Assembly (NCBI RefSeq): GCF_001194135.2
Contig: NC_068992.1
Coordinates: 50,870,335 to 50,934,334, forward strand
Source: Octopus bimaculoides
Taxonomy: Eukaryota
DNA: 64,000 nucleotides
Direction: 5' to 3'
The notes under the pieces were generated by a model. The model ran no database searches. It was not told the origin of the DNA and saw only the letters and a program-made list of their open reading frames with translations. Below, one piece after another: positions 28,019-41,011 of this stretch. A program made the position numbers and the translations under genes. Numbering within the stretch: position 1 is the stretch's first letter; every line of letters begins with the position of its first letter.

Positions 28019-29314
28019 ATCGAAAGTGTGTCGAAAAGTAATGTGATTTTTATCATAAGTGGCGCTATTTTTTTCAATGGGGGTAGTTGATATTTGCTAC
28101 AGATGTAACGGTGTATACACTTTTGATCTTTAATTATCTAACTTTGACGTTTTTCAGACATGAATAAATGAGCTGACATCAAAATGACTGCCCTGCTGGA
28201 AGCCCGTCAGATGTAAAGGAAAGTAATTGTGTCTTTTGTTGCCTAAGGAGAGATTCCGGTAAACATTGAAAAACTCTGAAGCATGCTTACAAAAATGAGG
28301 CTTTAGACTTGCAATGTGTGGAGATGAGTGAGCCGTCTGAATGAGAATTCATGAAAACAAAAAGAATTGGATAATTCAAGTTTAGCAGACGTACCACGTA
28401 GTGACCGCCTATCAACTTCTGTTAACACGGCCAGCAAGGAAAAAGCAGACGCTTTTGAGCTGGTAATCATATAACTAACGATAAGCTGGTACCAGAGACT
28501 GGAGTTAGCCATGGCAATGTTCATGACAATATCAAGCCACTTGTACTTTCAAAAGATTGTGCATCCTGGATACCAAACCAACTCAGAGATGATCAGAGAC
28601 CAGAAAGTGTTAACTGTTGCACCGAACACTTTGAATTCAATGAAAGAGACAACGCTATCTTTCAAAGGATCATAAGTGGTGCTGAATCTTGAATTCAACT
28701 ATGAACAAAAACCAAAAAGAAAATCAACGGAATGGTGCCATCAGACGTATCCAAATACAAAATAGTTCAAAGCAGGAAACTCAGCTGCAAAAATCATGGT
28801 GACTATCTTTTGGATGCTCAAGGTTCTATGTCGATTTGGTGTCAAGTGGTGAATTGTCAACTCTGAAGCATGCACTAAGAAAACCCATAAAGTCTTAAAG
28901 CAAGAACTACCGAGTAAGACCTAATTTGGAGATGAAGAATGGCCTTCTTGAAACGGCAACGTCAGGCTTCACCCAAGTCTCTGAACAAGGGAAGCAATCG
29001 TCTCCCTCGACTTCCTTCTCTTTGGACCCATAAAAGAATCGCTGAGCTGCAAACATTATGCTTGCGGAGAAGTGAAAAATGCTGTTAGAAGTTGGCTAAA
29101 TAAGCAGCCGCTTGACATTTACGAAGCTGGGATACATACCCTCATTCGTATGTAGAACACTGCCATTAAAAGAAGCGATGACTATGCTGAGAACTAGGGA
29201 TCTGAACCTGTGATATATAGCTATATTCTGGTGTAAGATATGTTCGATTGTGTTCCTTATTGTGCTTTTTTTTTATATAACACGAATTACATAACCTTTG
29301 AACTAACCCTCGTA
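28019..29314 (+). mobile_element. Near full-length decayed mariner element (transposase relic 28184-29197) with degenerate TIRs
   Basis: Relic motifs: DVPRSDR, ASWIPNQL (WVPxxL), RIISGAES (RIVTGDE), NSAAKIMVTIFWDAQG, GPIKES...EVKNAVRSWL...DYAEN*. The right end ...GAACTAACCCTCG|TA (29312, TA target site) partly mirrors the left end ATCGAAAGTGTGTCGAAAAGTAATG. The segment around the YSPDLAP motif appears deleted. Confidence 0.85.
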
Positions 29315-30428
29315 TGTGCGTTCCTAAATATACACACACACGCACACACATATGCACCATAAACACACACACATACATACACGCACATAAATTTGCAGTT
29401 AAGACTTCGATTTTCCGGAACTTTGGTCCCCAACTCTTTCACGATTATTGATTTTTCTAACCAGGGGTGATCACCTTGGCCAGCACACTCTAAATTTAAC
29501 AAATATTAAATAATTAAATGAACTAGCGTTACTTGTACATTAGAGTAAATCAATGCAGATTATACAAGGTTCCCGGTCATAGTGTCTGGAAATTCAGTGT
29601 TTCAAGTGTGCATGATATAAGTGAATGGAAACTACAGTTAAGTTACATACTAGTCATAATTCAAACATGCTGTCTTCTATTTCACGCGCATTTTCATGCT
29701 CTTCCGTTGTTACTTTTTATCCTATTTCCTTGTTATCTAATTTGTCTACCCTGTACGATCTTGATAACACTTGTTTTGACATTAATTAAATTCTTCTTCC
29801 GAACAGGTTCACTTCTTTCTATTACTTCCGCACAATAGCTTCTAGGAATTTCCTCTCTTTCATTCTAGCATCATATACCTTCACTTATATCCTATTAGTA
29901 ATTGAATACTTTATTTTTCCTCTCATGCGTCATATTTTTCCTCTTTCATTTTTCTGACTCCTAGTTTTCTTTCTTACATAAAGAGTTTTCTTTCTGTTTC
30001 TACAAAGTAAAAAGTAATTTAACTATATATATATATATATATNNNNNNNNNNNNNNNNNNNNNNNNNNNNNNNNNNNNNNNNNNNNNNNNNNNNNNNNNN
30101 NNNNNNNNNNNNNNNNNNNNNNNNNNNNNNNNNNNNNNNNNNNNNNNNNNNNNNNNNNNNNNNNNNNNNNNNNNNNNNNNNNNNNNNNNNNNNNNNNNNN
30201 NNNNNNNNNNNNNNNNNNNNNNNNNNNNNNNNNNNNNNNNNNNNNNNNNNNNNNNNNNNNNNNNNNNNNNNNNNNNNNNNNNNNNNNNNNNNNNNNNNNN
30301 NNNNNNNNNNNNNNNNNNNNNNNNNNNNNNNNNNNNNNNNNNNNNNNNNNNNNNNNNNNNNNNNNNNNNNNNNNNNNNNNNNNNNNNNNNNNNNNNNNNN
30401 NNNNNNNNNNNNNNNNNNNNNNNNNNNN

Positions 30429-30460
<32 letters not shown>

Positions 30461-30504
30461 TTAATTAAAAAATAGATTTTATTTTAATGGTATTTATCAT
30501 GATT

Positions 30505-30912
30505 TAAGGAGATTAAAATATAAGAGGTTCAGTCTCAGTAAAATAATTCAATTCAGAAGGACCATTCAGAGTGTTACTAAAAAATATAGAGCAAACGTAA
30601 CGTATAATACATTTCATCACATGATGTTTGTATTTCGCATCACTCGCCAGCATTAAATTTCGCATAATATTATTTATTTTTCGTATGGAATGCCATTAAA
30701 AATCACATAGCCTATTAAGTTATGAAAACATTAAATAGTTTCATAGAATGGCGATTAAGGTATGTTGCTGCGATATCCAGTGAGAATGAGTTAAAACAGT
30801 GAAAATAAGAATTTGTTGATAAATTGATAGATTGATTATATATGATTGATAGATAACTTAATAAATTGACTGAGTGTTTGATCGCTTGGTTCATTGATTG
30901 AATGTGTGTATA
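30505..30912 (+). repeat. Copy 2 of the diverged ~400-bp direct duplication
   Basis: See copy 1 at 23045-23450. Confidence 0.75.
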
Positions 30913-32658
30913 TAATGTAATTAATAATTACTGAAGAGAGGGGCGGGGAGAAATTTGGGAAGCAGTAAACATTGAAACTGGGTTAGATAAAACTACATAA
31001 ATGTAAATGGAGATAATAAGATGATAGATAATATGTGATGAATGCGAAGGGAAATTAATACAAAGTATGTTTGTAAAGATTTTTGACGATGGAGGAGAAA
31101 TTGTGACATGCAGAATGTTTATAATGGGAGAGCGTATGTGCTATGAAAGAAAGAAAGAAAGGAAGACATAGAGAAACGATATATAAACTAAGTGTTGAAG
31201 AGCAATGTTGTAAAACTGAAACAGTAACACAAAACTGAAGGAGTTGTATTACATTGACTTGATAAATGCGTCATGAAATATACGGACATCAGAGATACGT
31301 TAAGAGATACGTAGTGAGACTTTTTCAACTGGCTCTCACATATCTACTTAAAAAGCATAAATGTTCTGTAAAATATCATTCCTGATGACACTCTGAAACT
31401 AGATGAAAGTGCTAAATACATAATTATCCAAAATCCTGACTACCTCCTTTTTCATACTATATAAAATCTGTATACAACTTTAAACAATATATATATATAT
31501 ATATATATATANNNNNNNNNNNNNNNNNNNNNNNNNNNNNNNNNNNNNNNNNNNNNNNNNNNNNNNNNNNNNNNNNNNNNNNNNNNNNNNNNNNNNNNNN
31601 NNNNNNNNNNNNNNNNNNNNNNNNNNNNNNNNNNNNNNNNNNNNNNNNNNNNNNNNNNNNNNNNNNNNNNNNNNNNNNNNNNNNNNNNNNNNNNNNNNNN
31701 NNNNNNNNNNNNNNNNNNNNNNNNNNNNNNNNNNNNNNNNNNNNNNNNNNNNNNNNNNNNNNNNNNNNNNNNNNNNNNNNNNNNNNNNNNNNNNNNNNNN
31801 NNNNNNNNNNNNNNNNNNNNNNNNNNNNNNNNNNNNNNNNNNNNNNNNNNNNNNNNNNNNNNNNNNNNNNNNNNNNNNNNNNNNNNNNNNNNNNNNNNNN
31901 NNNNNNNNNNNNNNNNNNNNNNNNNNNNNNNNNNNNNNNNNNNNNNNNNNNNNNNNNNNNNNNNNNNNNNNNNNNNNNNNNNNNNNNNNNNNNNNNNNNN
32001 NNNNNNNNNNNNNNNNNNNNNNNNNNNNNNNNNNNNNNNNNNNNNNNNNNNNNNNNNNNNNNNNNNATAAATAAAGGAATTATTACACGAATTTCTAAGG
32101 AATAAAATTATCAAATGCATAGCAAACACCAGTTACAAATATAAGAAGGTAAATTTTTTTACGTTCATGTCTGTATGAGCGAACGTCTATGTGTGCATAT
32201 ATATATGTATCTATGTGTTGTTACTTTTTAGTTGTACCTTTGAAGGTATATGCGTATATGCTATTATGCGTGTCTCAGTTTTTATTCACAAACATACACT
32301 CGTATATACACATACGCACATATATTCATACATACATACACACACAAGCACGCATATATCCATATACTTACATTAACTGTACGTTATATGAATTAGTGTT
32401 TGGGTGAACAAAAGTAGGCTTACGGAAAAGACAGAGAATAGNNNNNNNNNNNNNNNNNNNNNNNNNNNNNNNNNNNNNNNNNNNNNNNNNNNNNNNNNNN
32501 NNNNNNNNNNNNNNNNNNNNNNNNNNNNNNNNNNNNNNNNNGTAATGTCCGACCCTGGAATATGTATTCTTTGGTGATTTATTAATCAACTGAGTGCAAC
32601 TGATTCGAGTTCGAGCTTCTCACAGATAAAGGGTTATATTTGTCTTCGGCCTTAGCGT

Positions 32659-32710
32659 CTGACGAATCGCCCAAGGAGCTAAGCTCTTTGTGGGTGCGAA
32701 ACCGTTGGTC
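32659..32710 (+). ncRNA. Hammerhead-ribozyme-like core (CUGACGA, long stem II, GAAA, stem III, GUC) with no evident stem I
   Basis: CTGACGA at 32659-32665. Hairpin CGCCCA-AGGAGC-TAA-GCTCTT-TG-TGGGTG. GAAA at 32698-32701. ACC-GTT-GGT stem III followed by C, giving a GUC triplet at 32708-32710. Confidence 0.4.
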
Positions 32711-32735
32711 TCTCTATGCTCGTACGTAGACGCAA

Positions 32736-32796
<61 letters not shown>

Positions 32797-34245
32797 CGTG
32801 TGTGTGTGTGTGTATATATATATGTGTGTGTTTATGTATATGTATATATATATATATACATATACATATACATAAACACACACACACACACACAATCATA
32901 TATATATATATATATATATATATAACGATTTTCAAAATTAAAGTATGAGGCTATATGTATCCTCTGTAATGTGTCAAAAAATAGTTTTGATTCATCATAG
33001 AGGAAACACGGAATCTTGAAGTCTATCAAAAATTCTATCACTTGATTTGGATACACTTATGTAAACTAATGTTTGATACCACAGAGGATATACAAAGCCT
33101 CACACTTTACTTTTGAAAATTATTTTCAAATAAGTGAAACCGGTTAAATTAATAAATACTTTTAAGAGACTCCTTCATTTTCAGATTCTTTTCATTATAT
33201 ATATATTTTTGTGTTTGCACGCGTATATGTGTGCAAGAGTGTATACACAATCATTTTTAGCGTTACTACCTACTATACGCAAACAATTTTCAAAACTATT
33301 TTCTTGAACGATCTTTTCAAGAAGCTTAAACTATTAGAGAAGATTATATATATGACATTAAACCGTTTGTTCCAGTGTACGTGTGTATATTTGTAAACAC
33401 AACATGAACACATATGTACATCTAAATACAGACATAGTATATATATATATATATTTGCATGCATATATGTATGTATGTGATGTGTGTATCTTTTTCATAT
33501 AAAAATCATACTTCGTTCGTTGAAGACTATCAAAATCTTAATCAATCGAAGTGCAAATGTTAAGCGATACTCAAATCTTTCATCTTCTATGTTTCTACCT
33601 TTGTTGCTATATAGGTCTTCAGATCAGCCTGCTATGAACATTGAAATGGTGGATGACAAAACCCTAGCAGGTATTTTCTAGACTAAAATAAAAGAAAGAA
33701 ATGCAAAAAAAGGGTGGGACATTAATGAAACAACATTTTGATGGCCTTCTTTGAACGTAATTAGATTAAACGAAGAATAAATCTGAGAAAGAACCAGGTA
33801 TGTTTAAATTCTGTTTTATAATTAAATGCAAAGATTAATTTTTTATGTTGTAGTATTTCTAATTTATTTGTTCCCTGTATTCTAGGATTACTACTAAATT
33901 TGTCTTCATTGATGGCTCTTTAAAATACAATAGCAATGAAACCACTTTCTTTTTCAGTAGCTACAGTCTTTTTTAAATTTTTATTCTCATTTTGCTTTTA
34001 TTATTCTACTACATCGTGACGCGCTGGCAGAAGTGTTAATGCATCGAAGAGATGTCTTAACGTATTTCTTTAAGTTCTTTGTTCACATTTCACGGAAATA
34101 AACTTTATTTCCTTTGGTACACATTATTAATCACAGAGGGGTAAAATGCAAAAATGACTTCGGTGGTATTGCTAAGTTCCACTAAGCAATGTATCGACTT
34201 GCTAACGATTCTACCAGCTCGCCACCTCACATAAAGTTTGAGAAT

Positions 34246-34452
34246 GGTTTCAAATTTTGGCCGAAGTCCAATAATTTCGGAGGAGGGGATAAGTCGATTA
34301 TATCGACTCCAGTATTCAACTGGTACTTATTTTATAGACAACGAAAGGATGAACGGCAAGAAGATGCTGGCGGCATTTGAACTCAGAATGTAAAGACGGA
34401 CTATATACTGCTAAGCATTTTGTCCGGCGTGTTAACGATTCTTCCAGCTCGC
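34246..34452 (-). mobile_element. tRNA-derived CORE-type SINE, family B (octopus OR-like); a second head remnant at ~34140-34224
   Basis: The reverse complement carries GCGAGCTGG..AATCGTTA, GAGTTCAAAT and TTCATCCTTTCG..TAAAATAAGTACCAGTTG, as in the copy at 47834. Confidence 0.8.
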
Positions 34453-35141
34453 AGCAACTTATTAGGAATTAGTATTTTTGTACTATTCTATAAGAAATTA
34501 TTGTTTCCTTTATTTAAAATATTTTAGTTGATTTGTTTACAGAGAAGCTAGAAACCAATTTCTCTTCCGAGACCTGTGAAATATTGTGGTTTTCGTCCAA
34601 TTTATGAAGACATATATGTGCTGGGTTTTCTGTACTTAACCGGAAATGTTCTGTGAAACTTTATATCATATTACACACTGTTTAAAAGTAACAGAAGCGG
34701 CCGATTTAGTAAAGGGTGGACATGAGAAATCTCGTGCGGCCAGGTCATTTATCAGAAAGGAAGTCACATTTTTGATTGCTGCAGAATTGATAACGACAGG
34801 AATTAGTTGTAACACTGTAGACAATAAATTATAGACACCCAGTAAAGAGATGTTGCGTGATTTTCTGAAAATTAATTAAGGTTTGATGCACAAACATACT
34901 TTCTCTCCAGCATACAAGCAGAGACACAAATGACATAGATGCATACACATTCACACACACATATATACATAAACACACACATACATATTTGCATTTATAG
35001 GTATATCTCTTTATATAAATATATGCTTGTATATCATATATGGTTGCGTGTGTGCGTGTGCGCGTACGCCAGAGGTTGTTAGCGAGTGACAGATACAGAC
35101 AAATAGGCAGATACATAGATTGGCACACGCTTACAAATATA

Positions 35142-35200
<59 letters not shown>

Positions 35201-35996
35201 NNNNNNNNNNNNNNNNNNNNNNNNNNNNNNNNNNNNNNNNNNNNNNNNNNNNNNNNNNNNNNNNNNNNNNNNNNNNNNNNNNNNNNNNNNNNNNNNNNNN
35301 NNNNNNNNNNNNNNNNNNNNNNNNNNNNNNNNNNNNNNNNNNNNNNNNNNNNNNNNNNNNNNNNNNNNNNNNNNNNNNNNNNNNNNNNNNNNNNNNNNNN
35401 NNNNNNNNNNNNNNNNNNNNNNNNNNNNNNNNNNNNNNNNNNNNNNNNNNNNNNNNNNNNNNNNNNNNNNNNNNNNNNNNNNNNNNNNNNNNNNNNNNNN
35501 NNNNNNNNNNNNNNNNNNNNNNNNNNNNNNNNNNNNNNNNNNNNNNNNNNNNNNNNNNNNNNNNNNNNNNNNNNNNNNNNNNNNNNNNNNNNNNNNNNNN
35601 NNNNNNNNNNNNNNNNNNNNNNNNNNNNNNNNNNNNNNNNNNNNNNNNNNNNNNNNNNNNNNNNNNNNNNNNNNNNNNNNNNNNNNNNNNNNNNNNNNNN
35701 NNNNNNNNNNNNNNNNNNNNNNNNNNNNNNNNNNNNNNNNNNNNNNNNNNNNNNNNNNNNNNNNNNNNNNNNNNNNNNNNNNNNNNNNNNNNNNNNNNNN
35801 NNNNNNNNNNNNNNNNNNNNNNNNNNNNNNNNNNNNNNNNNNNNNNNNNNNNNNNNNNNNNNNNNNNNNNNNNNNNNNNNNNNNNNNNNNNNNNNNNNNN
35901 NNNNNNNNNNNNNNNNNNNNNNNNNNNNNNNNNNNNNNNNNNNNNNNNNNNNNNNNNNNNNNNNNNNNNNNNNTATATACATACATGTATATATGC

Positions 35997-36031
<35 letters not shown>

Positions 36032-37229
36032 TTATGTGTGTGCGCACACACGTGTGTATATGTGCATGTGAATGTGTATGTGTCGGTGTCTCATAGTGCG
36101 TATACATTTATGTATACTTGTGTGCATATCTCTCTATGCTTCTAAGTACGAAAACTGGAAATTATTATCTGGAAATAATCTGCAGGCTGAATTTTTGTTT
36201 TCTATTTCAATTCAAAAGCTAAACTAACTGTAAAGTCGTAATTGTATATGTTGCAATTATTAGTGGTTAATTTCACACCGAAGTGTTTGCTGGTCATTGC
36301 GAATTAAAGATCACGCTTCCTTCGGCAATTATTTAACTACGCGCAGTGGTGCCATTATTAGTACTGTCCAATGTTTTGTTATATTTTTTAAAATTTATAT
36401 ATGTATTACATTGTATTTCAGGACTGGTCTAAAGTGAAGGAGGTGGGAGCAGTAATGAATTATAGATTGTCTGGCTTTAGACGTCCGTAATTGTTGAATC
36501 AATGCGAATCATTCCAGATAACGTCATTGTGTAGACGAAAAATCATTTCGGAAAGAAGTTAAACGCAGATTATCAGCTACTGGGAATAACTCTAAAATAT
36601 TTAGAATAAAACAGAAGCATTGCTATAAAAATAGAGAGACATTTAAGATGTGCGGACAAGCATCAAGTTTTACGTATATGGCATGTTCTAAGCAAGCTTT
36701 TGTTGTAAGTACAATATCGATTACTGCTGGAAGGTAATTCTGATTAGATACAACATTTATCACCTTTAAAGATGCATTACACAAAAATAGATTAACTGCA
36801 ACATAATTAAATAGATAAGCTATCAGATATTTCAAGATATCTTGCCTATTGACAAGTATATCGATGTAAATTTAAGGTCAATATATACTGAAGAATTTGT
36901 ATGCCTTCTAAAACATAATCGCTTCTGCTATCAGTTTTACCGGGTACTATAAATGAAACTAAGCTATTTTCTATATGCCACAGACAAGCAACAACAAATC
37001 TTAACAAAAAAGGGATTCACTGAACATTTATTCTGAATGTAAAAGGCTATCATACTTTATATAAGAAGATTAATTATACATTAAAACATATTTCTCAAAC
37101 ATATACAGGATTTCGGGTTAAATTTGATAGGTGGCATAAAAGGAAACGAAAATACAATATCCCGTTCAAAAGTAAAATTATTTTAAACATTAAAAAATAT
37201 CAACCGTATAGCGGTTAGTAGATAACAGA

Positions 37230-37565
37230 TTAATCAAAGCAGCTTCCATCAGCTTCTATCACAGTTTCAAGATGCCTTCGGAACCTGGAGCGTGCGTCCT
37301 ACACTGTGTCTTGACGAAGATCTTCAAATACCTCCCTGGACTTGGTATTGTACGCTGAACAAGTGATGCCTTTCTCAATCACGCTCCACACATAGTCACC
37401 CATGGGCATACAATCAGGGGAATTAATAGGCTAGAATTTGGGGCCGATGAAATCTTTGAAATTCTCCGACAATCATTTCTGACTCTTTCCGAAGATTTTG
37501 CAAGGAGTCGAATCCTGCTGCCACACACATGGCTTTCCAGGTTCAACTCTTTCTTGCCAGTGGTA
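37230..37565 (-). pseudogene. maT/DD37D-like transposase C-terminal fragment
   Basis: Minus translation: ..WQQDSTPC...DFIGPKF*PINSPDCMPMGDYVWSVIEK...DARSRFRRHLETVIEADGSCFD*. This matches the QQDxAP, WPPxSPDxNPxDY and IEAxG motifs. Confidence 0.8.
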
Positions 37566-37576
37566 TTTGATCACAA

Positions 37577-37621
<45 letters not shown>

Positions 37622-39500
37622 NNNNNNNNNNNNNNNNNNNNNNNNNNNNNNNNNNNNNNNNNNNNNNNNNNNNNNNNNNNNNNNNNNNNNNNNNNNNNNN
37701 NNTGTGTTTGTGTATATATGTTTGTACGTATATTTGTTTATTTATTTATTTATATGTATATATGGGGTGTCAGTTTGCACTTTTTTGCTTTGTATTCTTG
37801 AAGTTCATTGTGTTGGAAATTATATTTGAGGTGTGGCTGGAATGTGTGACTAATGAGTATTTATGGTCCATTTCCTTCCTCTTCACCTTGTATAGCAGTT
37901 TACTCTTGTTGAATACTAGTTCTCAGTTTTAATTGAACTGCCGTTTCAACTATGACCGCTGTGGAATTTTATGACTCCAGTTAATTCTTCCCCACATAAT
38001 TACTTTGGTTTAACACTGATTTATATTACATACTTGTACTGTATTTATATATTTACTCTATTAGTCTTTTTTAGTTTATTCATTTTACTTAATCTTCTCA
38101 GTTCTTTGTATTTTATATACATATACATATACGTACACATACACACATACATTCATACTTACGCACTTAAAGCATACATACAAAACGCATACATATATAT
38201 ACCGATATGCTAATATATATTTATGTATGAATATTTTTATGTATAAACATAGAATTTAACTAACATGGATGAGTTCCACCACAAAATCGTCTTCAGAAAA
38301 TTGCTACGTTTATATATGCGGTTAAAAATCTTCTTTAAACACAACTACTACTACAATATTCAGTATTCGAAGACGAATAGAAAAGTTTATTTTTTATTTA
38401 TTTTTTGTTCACTAAAGTAAAATATATTTATCTAACTTTCAGTTTCTCTATTAATCTCAGATGGATTTCTCTGTCAATCAGTTTTCTACTTTCTGTCTCT
38501 TTATCTTTAAATAATTCTTTTCTTTGTACGAATATAAATATTAGAATGAAGGAATGAATATACAGTGACAAAGGTACATGTGTGTGTGTATATATATACG
38601 TATATATATATATGTGTATATATATATATATGCATGTATGTATTACGTAGTTTTATATATGCAAATATGGTGTATATATATGTGTGTATATTTATATATA
38701 TATATATATGTACATATAAATATGTATATATATATACGTATATGTATATATACGTATATGTATATATATGTATATTATATATATGTATATATATGTATGT
38801 ATATGAGGGTAAGGATTTATATGTACAAAGAAAAAAACGAGAACCAAAAAAAAAAAACAGTGAAGGAAATATAGTTTACCTGCATGTGTTATTTTGGGTC
38901 TGTATATGCAGGTATATATTCAGATAAATGTATTGAGAATAGTTAAGCTTAAGAGTATGCTAAATATAATCGATGTCTTAAAAACAATACTCAAGAAATT
39001 TTAACAATAAATAAAGTTACAAATACCTCGAGTACAGTAAGCATAAACAGGAACTCTATATGTACTCGAACATAGACACACACATACCCATAAACAGGCA
39101 CATGTATATATTTCATGTACATATATNNNNNNNNNNNNNNNNNNNNNNNNNNNNNNNNNNNNNNNNNNNNNNNNNNNNNNNNNNNNNNNNNNNNNNNNNN
39201 NNNNNNNNNNNNNNNNNNNNNNNNNNNNNNNNNNNNNNNNNNNNNNNNNNNNNNNNNNNNNNNNNNNNNNNNNNNNNNNNNNNNNNNNNNNNNNNNNNNN
39301 NNNNNNNNNNNNNNNNNNNNNNNNNNNNNNNNNNNNNNNNNNNNNNNNNNNNNNNNNNNNNNNNNNNNNNNNNNNNNNNNNNNNNNNNNNNNNNNNNNNN
39401 NNNNNNNNNNNNNNNNNNNNNNNNNNNNNNNNNNNNNNNNNNNNNNNNNNNNNNNNNNNNTATGTATATATATATATACGTATATATATATATATACACG

Positions 39501-39541
<41 letters not shown>

Positions 39542-40451
39542 GTATGTATGTATATATGTATGTACATCCTTGTGCGAACGTGAAAATTTCTCCAGAACTT
39601 TTAGGATGCTTTAGTTCGTGTGACTCCTTACATATATACATGCATAATTTAATGCGTATATTTGTGCATGTGCATGCGTCACATAATAAAGATAAACAGA
39701 TTTCGTTGTTAATAAAAAAAAAAAAAAGTGGAATATATTATTAATTCAAAAATAAAGGAATAAAAACACATCAGGAAATTAGAATAAAGAAAGTCCTGAA
39801 AGCTGAAGCGTTGTTCAGAATATATATGGAATAATATAGCACAGGAAATGCATATTAATAGCGATGAAAATCTCTACGCAGGTAATGGTGTGTTTGTGTG
39901 TGTGTGTGTGTGTGTGGGGGGGAAGATGTTTATAGAACGAAAGAAGAAAAACAGGAAATATACATTAATTAAAAATATTCTGTTGGAATTGAAAAACAAA
40001 AAAAAAGAAAGCGAGAATCAAGAGAATATAAATGTAAATTCTTTTTATAAATTTCCAAACTGTGAACAAAAGCCAAAAAACGCAGTAACAATAATAGTAT
40101 TCGTGTCAACATCAGTATTTCTAAGAAATCTGGTGCTGTTGTTGATACGTAGGGAAATATGTCAGAAGCAATCACAGCATAAGAATGTTGTTGGTTTTTT
40201 TTTTTGCATTATTAACTATTATTATTTTTAAAATGCATAAGATTACACCGGCGTGCCTAGGAAACGTTAATGGTTGTTTACATCGCCGCAAGTAATTTAA
40301 TGCTGTTTACATTATCGATTTTCCTGGATATGGACCCAGACAAATTAGGGACAGGATAATTCTCCAAAATATTTTGACCAGCGTCGTAGCGTTCCTGCTA
40401 ATTTAACATCCATTTCGAAATCCTTGTTGCTAGTATGGTTACACATGAAAA

Positions 40452-40667
40452 GGCGGCGAGCTGGCAGAATAGTTAGCACACCGGAAAAAAAAGCTTTGCG
40501 GTATTTCATCCGTCTACACAATCTGAGTTCAAATTCCACCAAGAACAATGTTGCTTTCATATTTTCGAGGTCGATAAAATAAGTACCAGCTGAGTACTAA
40601 GGACGATGTAAGCGACCTAGCCCCTTACTCAAAACAACTGGCCTTGTGCCAACATTTGAAACCAATA
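40452..40667 (+). mobile_element. SINE family B copy
   Basis: GGCGGCGAGCTGGCAGAATAGTTAGCAC..CTGAGTTCAAATTCC..GCTTTCAT..GGTCGATAAAATAAGTACCAG..GGCCTTGTGCC..TTTGAAACCA. Confidence 0.9.
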
Positions 40668-40683
40668 TCGTTACATATAAAAT

Positions 40684-40900
40684 GGTGGCGAGCTGGCTGA
40701 ATCGATAGCACGCCGGGCAAAATGCTTAGCGGCATTTCGTCTCTCTTTATGTTCTGAGTTCAAATTCCGCTGTGGTCGACGTTGCCTTTCATTTTTTCGG
40801 GGTTGATAAACTGAGCACCAGTTGAGCAATGGAGTCGATGTCAGAGACATATTTTGTCTCTCACAATTATTGTCCTTGCACCAAAATTTGGAACCAATAT
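40684..40900 (+). mobile_element. SINE family B copy, directly tandem to the previous one
   Basis: Same motifs, starting about 16 bp after the end of the previous copy. Confidence 0.9.
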
Positions 40901-41011
40901 AGCGATATGATAGACAGCAAGACAACAATGACGACCCCGTCTGTATTTTCACGTATAAACATAAGAGCAGGAACGAAATTTTCTCAGGAGTGCAAATATA
41001 TATATATATAC

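Noticed and set aside
14791-37565. Idea that the 14.8-kb (N-terminal) and 37.2-kb (C-terminal, inverted) maT fragments are one element split by an inversion
   Set aside because: They overlap by about 12 codons around ERV..G..Y and differ strongly there, so they are separate copies.
40296-40406. Peptide VYIIDFPGYG resembling the GTPase G3 (DxPGYG) or hydrolase motif
   Set aside because: The frame is closed by TAA five codons upstream and ends after ~36 codons, with no usable acceptor.
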